A DNA stretch of 61,142 bases, filler included. It is 11 parts of 11 records of this genome, joined end to end, with 100 filler letters (N's around TTAATTAATTAA, not from the genome) between each part and the next. Parts side by side here need not be neighbours in the genome. Positions count along the whole stretch, not along the records: positions 32,864 to 44,408 come from SRR7504441_2838; positions 44,509 to 48,941 come from SRR7504441_2840; positions 49,042 to 56,495 come from SRR7504441_2842; 8 more parts are not named here. The stretch is one strand, 5' to 3'. Shown in pieces: positions 36,881-49,358 of the stretch. The notes under the pieces were generated by a model that saw only the letters and a list, made by a program, of their open reading frames with translations, was not told where the DNA came from and did not search any database. Positions within the stretch are counted from its first letter, which is position 1, and every line of letters starts with the position of its first letter. Made by a program: the position numbers and the translations under genes.

Positions 36881-38627
36881 TCACTGCGGCGGTTGTCCAC
36901 CAAAGTTGAAGCCACCCTGCGGCGCCTGCTGCATTCCGACACCGAAGGCGAAGTTGCCACCGGCTGTCTGCTCGGGCGCCAGCCCAGCATCCTCATCCTC
37001 AAAGCCAAAGTAGGTTTGGATAATTTTCATTGCCTTTTCATAGATTTCATTCTGCTCGTGGTTCTGCAGCAGCTCAATCTTGTCCAGCCCTCCGTGCGCT
37101 TCGACCATCTGCCCGAACACGTTGGTGTCGCTGCCTTGCTTCTGCGACTCGTCCTGCCCCACTCGCAGGATGTTTTCCAGACCCTCCAGCGCCACTGTAA
37201 CAATCCGGCCATCCTTGGCATCTAACAAGTCACAGAGCGGCGGGATGCAGTTCTTCTCCACCACGTATTTGATCTGCTCCACAGATCCGCCGGAGGTGGC
37301 GTTTGAGATGGCCCATGCCGCCTCTTTCTTAATGTCAAACTCAGCGTTCTTGAGCAGCTCGACCAGCGGCGGGATGACGTTGTGGTCAAACACGCACTGG
37401 ATCTGGTCCTTGGTCCCGGCAGTGATGTTGGATATCGTCCAGCAGGCCTCCTTCCGGATCCCCTTCTTGGGGCTGAGCAGCAGCACCCCAAGCCGTGCAA
37501 GCGCTCCGCAGTTGATCACAATCTGGGTCTGCATGTCATCGCCGGTCACAATGTTGCCCACGGTACGCAGCGCGGGCGTGACCACGGAGAAGGACATGTG
37601 GTTGAGCAGCTCGACCAACCGGCGGCAGACGCCGGCCTCGATTACCTTTTGGATCCTGTCATTCGGGCCATCCGACAAGTACGAGAGCGCCCAGGCTGCG
37701 TCGGTGAGCACCTCCTCGTCGTTGGAGTAGATCATGTGGGAGAGGGTGGGCAGGGCCGGGGCCACCCACTCGAACATGGGCTGCGGCTTGCCCCGGCAGA
37801 AGTTGGATAGGGTCCAGGTCGCATTCCGGAGCATTGAGAGCCGGTTGTTGTCACTCATACAGGTCAACAGCGGCTGGAGCGCCCCGTGGCTGAGCACCAG
37901 GTCACGGCACTTTGGCGAATCACCCGCAATGTTACCGAGCGCCCAGACCGCCTGCCCCCCGCTCAGCCGTATTGGCGGTGGAGGGCCACCTGCTCCCGGA
38001 CTTCCTCGCTCTGAGAGGAGAGCAACTCGACGAAGATTGGGACCGCGCCGTGCTCCATTACCACCCGGGTGTGGTCCGAGGTACCGCTCGCGATGTTGGT
38101 CAGCGCCCAGGCTGCCTCAAACTGGGCCGGCCGGTCAGATGGCCGGTTCAAGCCGCCGACCGACCTGCAGCTGCGGGTTGTCGTAGCACTTGAGGAATTG
38201 GATGAACCGCGGGACAACCCCGGCGCTAATCACCTCTTGGATCGGCGGGCTCCGCTCTGGGGCACCCACCGGGGTCAGCGGCTCAAGCGGGCGGTGGTTC
38301 ACCGATGGACAGGAGCTTGCGGAAGCGGGTGGTGGCTTCGAGCTGCTGGGCCCGGTCCTCCGAGATGACCGCTTGCACCATTTCTTGCAAGTCGTGCAGG
38401 TTGGCCTGGGTCGGGGTGTGCGGGACCTGAGCCATTGGCTCCTGCGCTGCCATCGCCCCGGACTGATCAAACTGCGCCGTCTGATCCTTGCGGCGTTTCA
38501 TCAAGCTGTCCTCGCGCTTGTTCCGACGGAGCTGGACCGTGGTCTCCTCGCGCCGCCGCCGGCTGTCATCTGTGTTGATCCCAGCCTTGTAGGACTTGGA
38601 GCGATTGCCACGCTCTCCAGCCGGCAT
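36881..38627 (-). CDS. KPNA: Importin subunit alpha
   Basis: IBB domain ([20 protein letters not shown]) and ARM repeats ([42 protein letters not shown]); introns of 46, 43 and 38 nt. Confidence 0.98.
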
Positions 38628-38733
38628 CTTGGAAGTAGCCGAGCGACTCAAACGTACCAACGGAACCAACCCTCAACGGAACTGTGCGTGAGCTGCAGAA
38701 ACTGGTGGCTCTGAGGGCGCTGAAGGGAGAGCG

Positions 38734-41055
38734 ATGAGCTCGCCCGGTAATCTTACCAAGGGAAGATCCTTCCCGCCGCCCAACAGCTCCAGCTCAGACG
38801 AGGGCCCGCGCCGCCGGTCTGGCGCGCCGGTCGACGAGCTGCACCCACGCCGCTCCGTGTCGAGCGGCGAGGTCGGGTCTGGGCGGCGGACCGGCGCCCA
38901 GCGGACGGACAAGAAGCCGCAGACGCTGAAGGAGCTGCTGGGGGAGGGGCTGGAGCTGGAGCTGGTGCTGCGGGTCGTGCTGCTCGGGCTGCTGATCTAC
39001 CTGGCCGGGGCGTTCCAGCTGGGGCTCGGGCTGCTCACTGTGGTGCTGGCCGGGGTTTACTTCTGGGAGCGCAACTCGCGGCGGAAGGAGATTGCGCGGG
39101 TGAAGGCCGCGTTCTCGTACCAGCAGCACCGGCAGCAGACCGCGCCGGACGGCGACTGGGATCCGGCACGCTGGCTGGAGCAGCTGTTCCGCACATCCTG
39201 GCGGGTGCATCGGCCCAACTACGACCGGTGGCTGGAGGCCCAGCTCAAGGTCTGGATGAGCTGGATCCCGCCGGACAAGGTGGAGTACATCCAAGTGGTC
39301 CCCGGGGGCGCCCGACTGGCCGAGGACGAACCGAGCCGCCTCAGGTTCTCAGAATGGCGAAAGCGGGACAACGACAACGAGGCGCAGGTGGACGTGGCGT
39401 TCGATTGGGTGAGAGCCGGGCCGGCTGGGGTAATGCGGGGCAGGTGAGCACCTCGCGGATCACACTCAAGGTGAAGCTGTCCAAGCACACGCCCTCGTTC
39501 CATCTAGTGGTCAAAGTGATCCGACTGTGCGGCAACGTGCGGCTGCAGCTCAAGTTTGTGCCGAGGATGCCGTATGTCGGGGTGCTCACCTTCTTCTTCA
39601 CCACCACTCCGGACATAGACTACTCGATCAAGCCCGCCAACGCTGTCGACATCACTGGTGGCCCGCGATCAGACTGCCTAATCGGGAGACAGGCCTGCCG
39701 GGACTGTCCTCGTATCTGGACGATCTGATCCGGAACTGGCTGCTCTCGTACATGACCCATCCGAACAAGATAGTGATTCCTCTCGAGAAGATGTGGTACC
39801 CGGACGACCAGTCGCTCCAGGACCCGCTCAACCCCCTCAACCAGTCCATGGTCAACCCGGCCGTCTCGCAGGGCCTGGTCGAGGTCAGGATCGTGCACGC
39901 CATCGGGCTGGAAGGAGCAAGAGTCAACCCGCCCTTCTGCCAAGTGTTCGTGAGCTCGCTTGGGACTGACCGGCCGTCCAAGGCAAAGTTCTGCCGCGGC
40001 GCGCCGGGTGACCGCACTGGCGGCTGGCCTTGACGGCCCGGGCAGCCGTGTGGGAGGCGGACGAAGTGGGTGGCAAGTGGGTGTTCGACCAAGGCGAGAC
40101 GATGGAGCTGATGGTGTGACGGAGCTGGGTGCTATGGCTGATTGGTTGGCAGGTGAGGGACTACGACACCGACCTGGTCACTGTCGAAGTGATGCTCCCA
40201 AAGGGCAAGAAGGAGATCACGCTCGGCAGCTGCCAAATCCAGGTGGCGCACCTGTCCAAACAGGCGCTCCCGCATCCGCAGGTCCGAGCTGGGGGGCCGG
40301 CCGCTCAGCCGGGGACAGCACCAAGAGCTGGAGAATGCAGACGGGAACGGGTGTGGCTACCTGCACTGCATCGCCACCTACAGGCAGAAGGAGCAGCGCA
40401 AGACGAATGAGCTCTCAGAAGTCTCACCAATGTCGCCCTCCTCAATCCCAGGTGCAGCCGAGCATGGCAGCTAGTGAGTGCGGGCAGATTGTGGCGAGAA
40501 CCAGGGCATCCTGGAGCTGCAACTGCTCGACTCGCTGCTGGATAAGTACGCCATAGACAAGCTCACCTCAGTCACCGACCTCTCAAGTCGGATGTACTGC
40601 CTAGTGGAGGTGGCTGCTGCTCGATGATGGGCGAGCAGGCTGTGCAGGTGTACCGAGTGGACGAGCAGGTCGTCACATGGAGGCACAAGACACCCGACCT
40701 GTCCGACCCTGGGATGAATCCTCAATGGCACCAGACCTTCGAGTTCCCGGTGCTCGGGACTGAGCAGATCATGATCCAGCTGTTCAAGGTCAAGAAGCTT
40801 GGGAAAGATTATAAGCTCGACGAATGGATTCTGAACCTGGCGGAGCACTTGCCCTCGCTGCAAGACAACCTGATGCACGAGTACTGCCTCGAGAGCGACA
40901 GTAGTTACAACCCCAAGACCTGGAGCCCCAACAAATTCAAGTTCTGCGTCCGATTTGTGAGCATGAGGAAGTGGGCTGTAAGTGGAAGTCCAAGATCACC
41001 GTCAACAAACGACCGAGATCGCAGCAGCAGCCTCACCCAATCATGCGCATTTTAA
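38734..41055 (+). CDS. TM-SMP-C2 protein (extended synaptotagmin/tricalbin-like), multi-exon
   Basis: Hairpin TM segment, SMP-like GNVRLQLKFVPRMPYVG..LPGLSSYLDDLIR..MTHPNKIVIPL, C2 strands GLVEVRIVHAIGL and MNPQWHQTFEFPV. Confidence 0.8.
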
Positions 41056-41074
41056 TACATTTTAATGAATCATG

Positions 41075-41175
41075 TACTAACTAACTAACTCGCAGTAACT
41101 AACTAACTAACTCAGTAACTAACTAACAAACTAACTAACTTACTAACTAACTAACCGGCTAACTAACTAACTACT
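41075..41175 (+). repeat. (CTAA)n microsatellite
   Basis: Interrupted run of ctaactaactaa in the convergent intergenic region. Confidence 0.95.
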
Positions 41176-41299
41176 GTAGTTTCTACGGACAGGCTACACT
41201 GTAGTCTATTACAGAGTTTTCTCTCTAAGTATTAATCGCGCTTAATCGCAAATTTGTACTGTATTAATCGCGCTATGTTACAAGTGTTGGATTTGCTAC

Positions 41300-42478
41300 T
41301 CAAAGCATCTTCCACTCGGATCGCTTACCCTCCAATTGGGGTCTCCACGGTTCCTCGATGTGCAGGCGCGGATCTAAAATCAAGCTAGCGCGACTGTGCG
41401 GAGCCTCGACTGCATCCACCACTGCTTGGACGCTCGGCAGCGGCTCATTGGGGGGATGCCCAACTGCCCAGCGGTAGTACTGTCTAAACGCGTCCCATTC
41501 GACCACTTCCCGGCCGCCAACTTGCTGGTACAGGTCGCGGCAGTAATCACGCAGCACTGGGTACCCGGTTGGCTCGGCTAGGATTGCTCCTCGGCCGGCT
41601 GCCAGCCCGAACCCAGCGGCATAGGCCACGTCATACCGTAGCAGATTCATGAGCAGCCGCACGTCCACCAGGGTGAGCTGCCCCCCCATCACGTACCGCT
41701 GCCGGCTCAGGCAGTCCTCCAGCTGGTCGAGTTTGGCGTACACCTTGAGCCCGGCTGCGCGCGCGGCCTCGATCTGGCCTCGGAGCAGCGGCACCCCGGC
41801 CTTGTAGACTCCGTTGAGCAGCTCGGCCCACAGCTCGGCCTGAGAGCTCTCGATTGAGCATGCCAACTCTGCTGGGTAAAGCTGGGCCGACCGGGTGTGC
41901 AGCGGTCCGAACTCGGTGCAGAGCAGCTTGATCAGCTGCCAGCTGTCGTTGCAGACAACCTTGTTGAGCTCGCTGTCCCACAGAATAGGCACCGTGATCC
42001 GCGTTGTGCACCGGCTGTCGTCCTGCTGATAGACTTCGTGCGCCCAGAACGGGCCAGGCCGCCCCCGCCACGGCTCGCAGCTTGCGCCCGATAAGAACAC
42101 CCAGCCGGCGCTGCTCTGGCCGTCGGCCACATCCATTGAGATGGCGTGCTCCAGCCCGAGCATCCTGCGGACAGCGCGCACACCATTCGCCCAAGGACAC
42201 ACCCCCGACACGAAAAGATGGTACCTGCCGGCCGTGGCGCACACGTTGCCGCCGGCTGGGCTGAGCGAGTACTCTGAGGGCGGCCGGACAAATTGCTTGC
42301 CGCCGTTGCCGCCGGCGACCAGCACGTCAGCTGCCAGCGCACCGTCGCACAGCACCGCACGGTTGAACTTTGGCCAGGTGCGCGGGTCCACTTCATCGTA
42401 CGTGTAGGTGCCGCGGGCCGGTGGCAGGCCTTCCTGGTGCCGGGCCGAGTCTGGGCAGGTTTTTTGACAGGTCGCCAT
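41300..42478 (-). CDS. Glutathionyl-hydroquinone reductase (omega/xi-like GST, YqjG/ECM4 family), intronless
   Basis: AGRYHLFVSGVCPWA, GLEHAIS, TVPILWD..VCNDS, LNGVYKAG, LTLVDVRLLMNLLRYDVAY. Confidence 0.9.
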   Translation of the reverse strand: MATCQKTCPDSARHQEGLPPARGTYTYDEVDPRTWPKFNRAVLCDGALAADVLVAGGNGGKQFVRPPSEYSLSPAGGNVCATAGRYHLFVSGVCPWANGVRAVRRMLGLEHAISMDVADGQSSAGWVFLSGASCEPWRGRPGPFWAHEVYQQDDSRCTTRITVPILWDSELNKVVCNDSWQLIKLLCTEFGPLHTRSAQLYPAELACSIESSQAELWAELLNGVYKAGVPLLRGQIEAARAAGLKVYAKLDQLEDCLSRQRYVMGGQLTLVDVRLLMNLLRYDVAYAAGFGLAAGRGAILAEPTGYPVLRDYCRDLYQQVGGREVVEWDAFRQYYRWAVGHPPNEPLPSVQAVVDAVEAPHSRASLILDPRLHIEEPWRPQLEGKRSEWKML

Positions 42479-42586
42479 GTGGACCCGAGCAGGATTGCCG
42501 TTATAAATCCGTTATCTCCAGCTGCCGCGGGTGCGCCTGTCCGCAGCTCTCCAGGGGTTGCACTCCTGCAGGCACAGCCCAGAGCG

Positions 42587-43824
42587 ATGCCGCCGCCAAA
42601 GTACGTCGAGCTCACGCCGTGGCAGAGCACCGGCGACTCGCGCCCGCGCAACTACACCGACTACGCCCAGCGGGCCCAGATCGAAGCCGCGCGCAGGAGG
42701 GCCGGCCTCACTCCTGCCGCCAGCTCGGTGGCCCGCTCGGCTGTCTTCACGCCGGCAGACAGCCGGTCCAGCAGCGCGATGCGGCTGCCGCAGCCGGTAG
42801 CAGGTAGCAGCGAACCCCGGCCGGCCACAGCTGGGCCGGCGACTGGCGCCCCGCGCTACTCCGGGCTGCTCGGGCGGACCGTGCGCGGAGTGCCGGCGGA
42901 GGAGCCCCCAGAGCACTCTGCAGGCCGCGCGAAGGCGGTCGAGCCGTCGAGCTGGATGTGGCAGGCCCCGCCCTCCGGCCCCGTGCAGCCGCGGGAGAGC
43001 CAGCCGGCCCGAGCAAAGCGCCAACCCCGCCCGGAGCCAGCACCTGAACCTGTCCCAGCCGACGAGCCTGCGTTGCCACAGCTGTCGATGAGCGTGGCCC
43101 AGTTGGTCAGGCTGCTGCCCCGGCTGGAACTGGAGCAGAGGCTGCTCAGCCTGGAGCAGGCCAGCTCGCTGACAGAGTGGTTGCTCCAGCTCGGAGGCAC
43201 CCCGCGCGGTCAACTCAGGGCCTCCGCAGCCAGCAAGATCTGCGCAAGGCTACTTGAACCGGCAAGTGCATGGCTGCCCGGTGGGGGCTGATTCGAGGCA
43301 GGACCAAGAAGGTCGGGTGTGCTGGCGAGAGCTGGTGTGTGCCCTGATGATGCTCTGCCAGGCCAGCAGCCCTGCTGAACGGTGCCTGGCCACCCGCGCA
43401 CTGGCCCACTGGGTGCTGCAGAGCACAGGCCGGTTTCAGTGTGTTTGACCTGGACGGGCGCGGCAAGCTGAATGAGCTCGAGGGGCGGGCACTGCTCCGG
43501 GCATTGATGCCTCCGCCACGAGACCCAGCCGTCTCGACCAGACAGGGCGATGCGCTGATGCAGGCGATTGGCGCATGGGAAGGTGGCGGATCAATTCTAC
43601 AGCGGCGCAGGTCCATAGCTAGGTTAGGGATGTTTGACTGAGTGGGGGACAGTTGGCGGAAGGCACGCCTGATTGATCCAGCACGAATCGAGCTCACGCC
43701 CTGCGTTTCCCGAGAAGTGGTGCATTGCTATCCTTGCATCTTGTATAGCCCCAGCTGCTATTGCTGCTCGCACTGTCCTTGCGCGTTGTTTGCGTGCGTG
43801 CATGATGAGTTGTCATGCATATGA
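42587..43824 (+). CDS. Hypothetical protein with a C-terminal EF-hand-like motif; 3' end uncertain
   Basis: Pro-rich ORF from MPPPKYV; later exon FDLDGRGKLNELE. Confidence 0.45.
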
Positions 43825-44096
43825 CACAATGTCATGATGACAACCTTAAAACTGGATGTAGGTGTCCGAATGCTTGAAACATCACGGTTTAGCAAAGGCA
43901 ATAGTTGAGCAACGTGCTGAATTCTGTAGCCGGTTGTTATGCTAGATTGATCGGAACCGAGTTGAATGTCCATTCATCGAACCTTTTCACAAACTCCAAA
44001 TTAAAAGAAATTGTTTACTGTCTTTATACTGTCATCCTAGCTATAGGCTACCATGTACATACTATGGGCTTTATTTGCAATCAACCATGCTAGTAT

Positions 44097-44408
44097 CTAA
44101 CTTAGTGCCCTTTGATTCAGCTGCTCAAACTTTTCACTCATTTGTGCAAGCTGCTGTTGTAATTCTGTTATAATCTTTGCTTGTGAGACAACTTTTCGGT
44201 GTAGATAGTGCGAGCTGCGACCCAAATCGATTTCACGATGCAGCTGCTCCTTTGCTGGGGATACATCAAGTAGCGCCTCAGCCTCTAAGTCGTCCATCAT
44301 ACTGTCTTCATCATCAAGCAGCTTGCTCGTGAGGAAGGCACTAGCAGACACTGTCCCTTTCAAGAGATCAATGGACACCGCCTCCGTCCCGGGAAGCACC
44401 ACGGCCAC
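44097..44408 (-). CDS. C-terminal fragment of a hypothetical protein (coiled-coil tail)
   Basis: ORF open at the contig edge, ending ELQQQLAQMSEKFEQLNQRALS. Confidence 0.45.
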   Translation of the reverse strand: MAVVLPGTEAVSIDLLKGTVSASAFLTSKLLDDEDSMMDDLEAEALLDVSPAKEQLHREIDLGRSSHYLHRKVVSQAKIITELQQQLAQMSEKFEQLNQRALS

Positions 44409-44510
44409 NNNNNNNNNNNNNNNNNNNNNNNNNNNNNNNNNNNNNNNNNNNNTTAATTAATTAANNNNNNNNNNNNNNNNNNNNNNNNNNNNNNNNNNNN
44501 NNNNNNNNTG

Positions 44511-44963
44511 AGCTTTATCGTCTTTCGGCTGCTGTTATTCCCGTTTATCCTGTACCAGTACGCTCGCGACCTAGTCGAGCTAGGCCCTGAGCGGCGCGGC
44601 GAGCTGCTTACTGTTGAAATGGTTTATAATCCAGCAGTTGTCGCGCTGGTGTGGGTGCTGAGTGTCGTTTGGTTTGGCAAGATTCATGCCGGTATGCTCA
44701 AAGCACTCCGAGGCAAGCCTGCCAGGCAGCCAGAGATCCAACCACTCAAGAAAGATCGCGTCGATCAGGCTGTGGGCGTCCAGTATGAGCCTAAGAAGGC
44801 CCGCGAGAGCTGGCAGCCGCCAGCCACAAGATCAAAGAATCCTACGGAAGAGGTTGCCAAGTTGACCAAGCGGAAGCTTGCACAGGGCTCCTCTGCCGCA
44901 TCGGAGGAAGCACTCCTGCGCCGACTGAGCCAATCGCGCAGTCCAGCCTCCAGCCCGCCTTGA
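44511..44963 (+). CDS. C-terminal fragment of a TLC-domain membrane protein
   Basis: SFIVFRLLLFP..LVWVLSVVWFGKI matches the end pattern of TLC (TRAM/LAG1/CLN8) domains. Confidence 0.55.
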   Translation, partial: SFIVFRLLLFPFILYQYARDLVELGPERRGELLTVEMVYNPAVVALVWVLSVVWFGKIHAGMLKALRGKPARQPEIQPLKKDRVDQAVGVQYEPKKARESWQPPATRSKNPTEEVAKLTKRKLAQGSSAASEEALLRRLSQSRSPASSPP

Positions 44964-45379
44964 CGAGCTGCAATAATTGAGGCGAGTACAAACGTGTAGT
45001 GCGTACTTGTATAAATCGTGATCAGCAATGCCGGTACTTACATGAAGAGTTATTTTGAGACAATCCGTCTATCTAGAGATTTTAGTGCAAATACAGCCGA
45101 TAGTCCTCTTGTACAACAAGTAGATCCTTGGCCCGTCAGGCTCAGTGCGCGTGGCACCGCATCGTGCATGTAAGTAACAAAACGGTGATCTGTTGATGAC
45201 TAGATGGTCCGTGACGTGTACGTTACTTGAACCTAGGACGTCGTACTTAACAGGTCCTTGGGGGTACTTGGGAGTACTTAAAACAGCATAATAGCCATGC
45301 TAGGGGACAACAAATGCGGTTAACCATGCAAGTGGCGCGATTACGCATGATAGAAATTTAATATCTAGAGCACGTGGGT

Positions 45380-48300
45380 CTATGTGTATTCATCGGCCAA
45401 TTGCCAAGGCTCGGGATCCCAACTAGGAGACCGTCGGGGCGAGTCGGGCGGCAGCATCTCGTCAAAAGTCACTCGACGCGAAGCAGACTCTGGAAGCGCC
45501 CTCAAGATGCACCGCAGTCGTGAGTTGCGCTCAGCCAGCGCTGGTGGCTGTGCAAAGAACGTGAACTGCCTATCGGTGAGTGCCCGGTGGGCGTCGTGGA
45601 ACATTCGAGCCACATTCGGCATCGCAAACGCGGCCGAGGCCAGATTGATGTCTGGGTTGAATGGCGAGACCACCACAAGGGGCGAGGCGTGGCTGCCTGG
45701 GTCTCGCTCAAAGTAGCCGTCCGCAAGCGATACGCCAGTCGTAGCGAAATCAAAATGAGCGTAGTGATCCAGAAAGTCTATTAGTCGCTGGCCGAGGTCC
45801 TGGCCGCCCAGTCAGCTCTTGGTGTGAAGGCAGGGCCCACCAGCGCGGCGTTTTCAGGGAGTGGGAAAGCCTCGAGGAAGCAAGCCACCAGCAGGGCCAG
45901 GTTAGAAGATGAAAGCCCGCCGGTGTAGGCCTGGCCAGGCGGTGAGCGGCCGCGGTGGCGGGGCGCCAACCTCGTTTAAATCCTGCTCAGACAGCAGCTG
46001 CTTGAGCACCAACACGAGTGGCACCAGCTCCTCTCGCGCGCGGCCTTGTTCCTCGAGTAAACTAGTCAACTGGAGCCCAACGTGCCGGCTATGCTCGCTG
46101 CCTGGACCTGTAACCGCCAGCGTGAGCAATCTGGCCGGTGGCAGATCGGGCACCAGGCAGGTTGAAGCTGATATCCATCTGCAGCTGATTGTGGCATTTG
46201 GCCTGCCAGTTGGGTCGAGTCTGCGGCTGGCGGGCTGGTCCACCTTCACTACAGGGATCGATGCGGTGTCGATCGCCATCACGGTCTGAGGCAGCACGAA
46301 CTGGGCCTTGTCAGAGCAGCGTAGCTCCCATGCGAGTTGGGTCGACATAGCCTGGGCATTGAGCCTGGTCGCCTCGTCGCCTTGTACTGAGACAACCTGC
46401 ATCGCATAACAATCAGGGAGGTTCCGCGTCCAAAGCCGTACAATATCTACGTCCGAGTTGGGCAAAGCCATTTGGCTCGCCCGGGATCCAAACAGCTGTA
46501 CTCGCGCCGACTCGCCCCACACTAGCTGCACCACCCCCTGGAGCTGTCGACTCGCCTGGACTCTGCTTACAATCCCGCCCAGCAGGGTTGCAGGCACCTC
46601 TTGAAGCAATGGCTCCTGCCACCTGACTGCCGCCTTCGCGTGCTCCGAAAAGGAGAGTATCTCGTGATGCAATGACCCGAAGTCGTCTTCCTCGGCCTCT
46701 GGCGGGCACCCAGCTATGTATGGCACAGCCGGAGGCCCTAAGTCGACTGAGGCTGGTATACCAAAGCTGCTGTGGCCCTTAAGCAAGCTGCAGAAGGTGC
46801 GGACCACAGCATCGTCTGACCTGCGGTCGAGGTCCTCCTCGTCGATCACACAAAGCTTGGGCTTCTTGCCCTGTCGCTTGCCGGAGTCTCGAATCTTGAC
46901 ACACAGCCTGTTCCCTGCAAACCGCTCCCACGGATTGGCGTTGTTCCCCTGAAACTGAAACAAGTGCAACCCCGAGTCCAGTACGAAGAAATCCCCCTTG
47001 GTCAGTGATGACCACTGCAGCGGCACCACCCGTACAAAGACCTGCCGCTCGTCGCCCTTGACCTGCCCCGGCATTCGCCACCACGGCAGCCCGCCCATCT
47101 TGCCTGGAGCAGCCTCGGCTCGATCGCAGTGTCAGCACCAGCGTGCAGCGCTGCCTGATGCTCCGGGTCAACAGCCTCTATTTCCCAGCTATTCTCGTGC
47201 ATCAGCTCCAGGAACTGCTCACTCTCCTGGTCCTGCTCCTCCCTATGGTGCCGACACCTGCCCACCACCGGATCGAGCCTGCCCGTGCGCTGATTCTTAC
47301 AGCATCATCGACCCTCCCCGGGCCAGCTGACTCCTGTGAAGGTCTTGCTTCAGCCCTGTCCATATCCGCGATACCTCGATCACGAGTAACGCTGCACACA
47401 ACACATGATCTCGCCGCCCCTGGCCTGGCTACCTGCAGCGGAGCGAATCCTCGCGGAGGCGCTTTTCCCAAGCCAAAAGTACGTGTCGCCCCCACTCTTA
47501 CCTCTTACAAAAGTGACATAACATTGGCTAGACTGAAGCGCCAACGGGCCCTGACCACCCCTGAGTCCACCTGCAGCCCATCCCAAGACCTCTTGCGGAA
47601 GAGGCTCCAGGTGGAAATCTACACCGCCGCCCGGGAGCTTCTTGCTGGCCACTCGCCAGAGCTTCCCCTCGTCCGAAGTCTGAAGCGACGCCTTGGGTGA
47701 TGGTATACTCGGCGGCAGCGTCGAGCTGTTGTTCGGCTTCTTCTTCTGCAGGGCGAGTGCAGCTGGCTTTGGCCAGTATGTCTCGAGGAATGGTGTCATC
47801 ACGTCCTCTGAACGTGCAGCTGGGCCCCGAAGCGGCACAGGTGGCCACTGCCCGAGCGCATTGCAGAAGGCAATCACGTCGATATCATAAGCGCTGTGCT
47901 CAAGATCTTGCTCGTCAATGTGCAGAAGCGGCGGTTTGTCGCTAAATGAAGTTCCAAATCCACTAGCCCTCGTCGGATCATCGCGGATGAAAGACGCAGC
48001 CGCACTCCCGACCACCCGCTCCAAAGGCTTGGCGGATGATTTTTGAAAGTGGAAAATTGTCATTCCAATGTCAAGAACGAACACATTCCCATGCCCCAGC
48101 GAAGTCCACTCGGCAGGCACTTCGCTCATTACTGGATCCTTTTTCTCTCCGGCAGTCACCAGCACAAGCCTCGGCGTGAATTCCACCTGAGGCGGTGGCC
48201 GGAACCCTTTGAGAGTCTCGCGCGACCGCTCTCTCGTGAGCTCCGCAGGCAGGCTCTGGTCGATCAGCGCCAGGAACCGCTTCGATTCGGAGCCCTGCAC

Positions 48301-48941
48301 TTCTCGCCGGTGCGTGCATGCCCCACCCAGCAGCTTGTCTAGCTCCGCAGCCTGGCATGGCTCACATTTGCCCAGCTACAGCGGCCACCTTGAGGGCTGC
48401 GGCGCCCCGCATGTCGATAGACGACTCACTCCCGAACCAAAAGAATACCTCGTGCCTGCCTCGCCATCTCTGGCAGCCAACCAAGCCAGGCACCCGAATG
48501 CCTGGAGCTGTCCGTTCATTCGAGCGTGCCCCTTGCCCACCCCCAGCTTGACTTTACACCAGCCGTCCTTCCTTGGCCTGTGCGTCCGGAGCAGCAGCAG
48601 CGCAGCGTTCGGCTGGAGCTCATCCCTGGTTGCAGTTGGATTCAGTTAGAACCACAGGCTAACAAACCTGCTGGTGGCGCAAGCTCTCATCCGGAACGCC
48701 GGGGCGCCTCCGACCCATCTGTTGTCCACACGCCACACCTGAGCCGAACACTCACCCCGCTGCCAGTTGGATTGCCCTGCCTGGGTGCCGAGCGATGCCC
48801 CCACGCAGCCCCATTCCTCCCGGCTCGCGGGCTTCGCGGGTTCGTGCGAGCGGGCCAGCAGCTGCTCCCGGGGCGGCGCTCACGGCCGGCGGTCAAGGTG
48901 CGGCCTAGAAGTCCGATACTGAAATACTTTGCCTCAGTATC
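45380..48941 (-). CDS. Gelsolin-repeat protein fused to a Trf4/TENT4-like nucleotidyltransferase; 5' end uncertain
   Basis: EVFFWFGSESSIDMRGAAALK|AAELDKLLGG..HRREVQGSES (gelsolin G1), WTSLGHGNVFVLD (G2), a second G1/G2 pair, then LFGSRASQMALPNSDVDIV, LVLVLKQLL, TGGLSS and SPFNPDINL. Confidence 0.85.
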
Positions 48942-49358
48942 NNNNNNNNNNNNNNNNNNNNNNNNNNNNNNNNNNNNNNNNNNNNTTAATTAATTAANNN
49001 NNNNNNNNNNNNNNNNNNNNNNNNNNNNNNNNNNNNNNNNNATGCTCAAGGTGAATCTGCACAAAGCGGGGATTGCACACGATAAGGCGGCTGCGGCTTT
49101 CGAGGCCCAAGAGGGGAGAGTCGGTCAGAAGCGGAAGCGTGTGGACGATTCTTGAGTACATCTTGACTAGAGATTCAATGCCATTTAAATGCGTAATAGC
49201 AACCAGCCCATAGATACTATAGAGCCATACGGTTGACCATTAGGCTGTTCGGATGATCCAAGGCCGACAGTCAGTACTAGACTACGACTGAGTATTAGTA
49301 GACTATAGTAACGGAAAGCTGGAGGCTCCAGAGAAGCGGCCCCGGTTACACTCATTGG

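Noticed and set aside
41075-41175. CTAA run as a telomere or branch-point array
   Set aside because: It is internal, short and 4-bp periodic without a CCC tract; an ordinary microsatellite.
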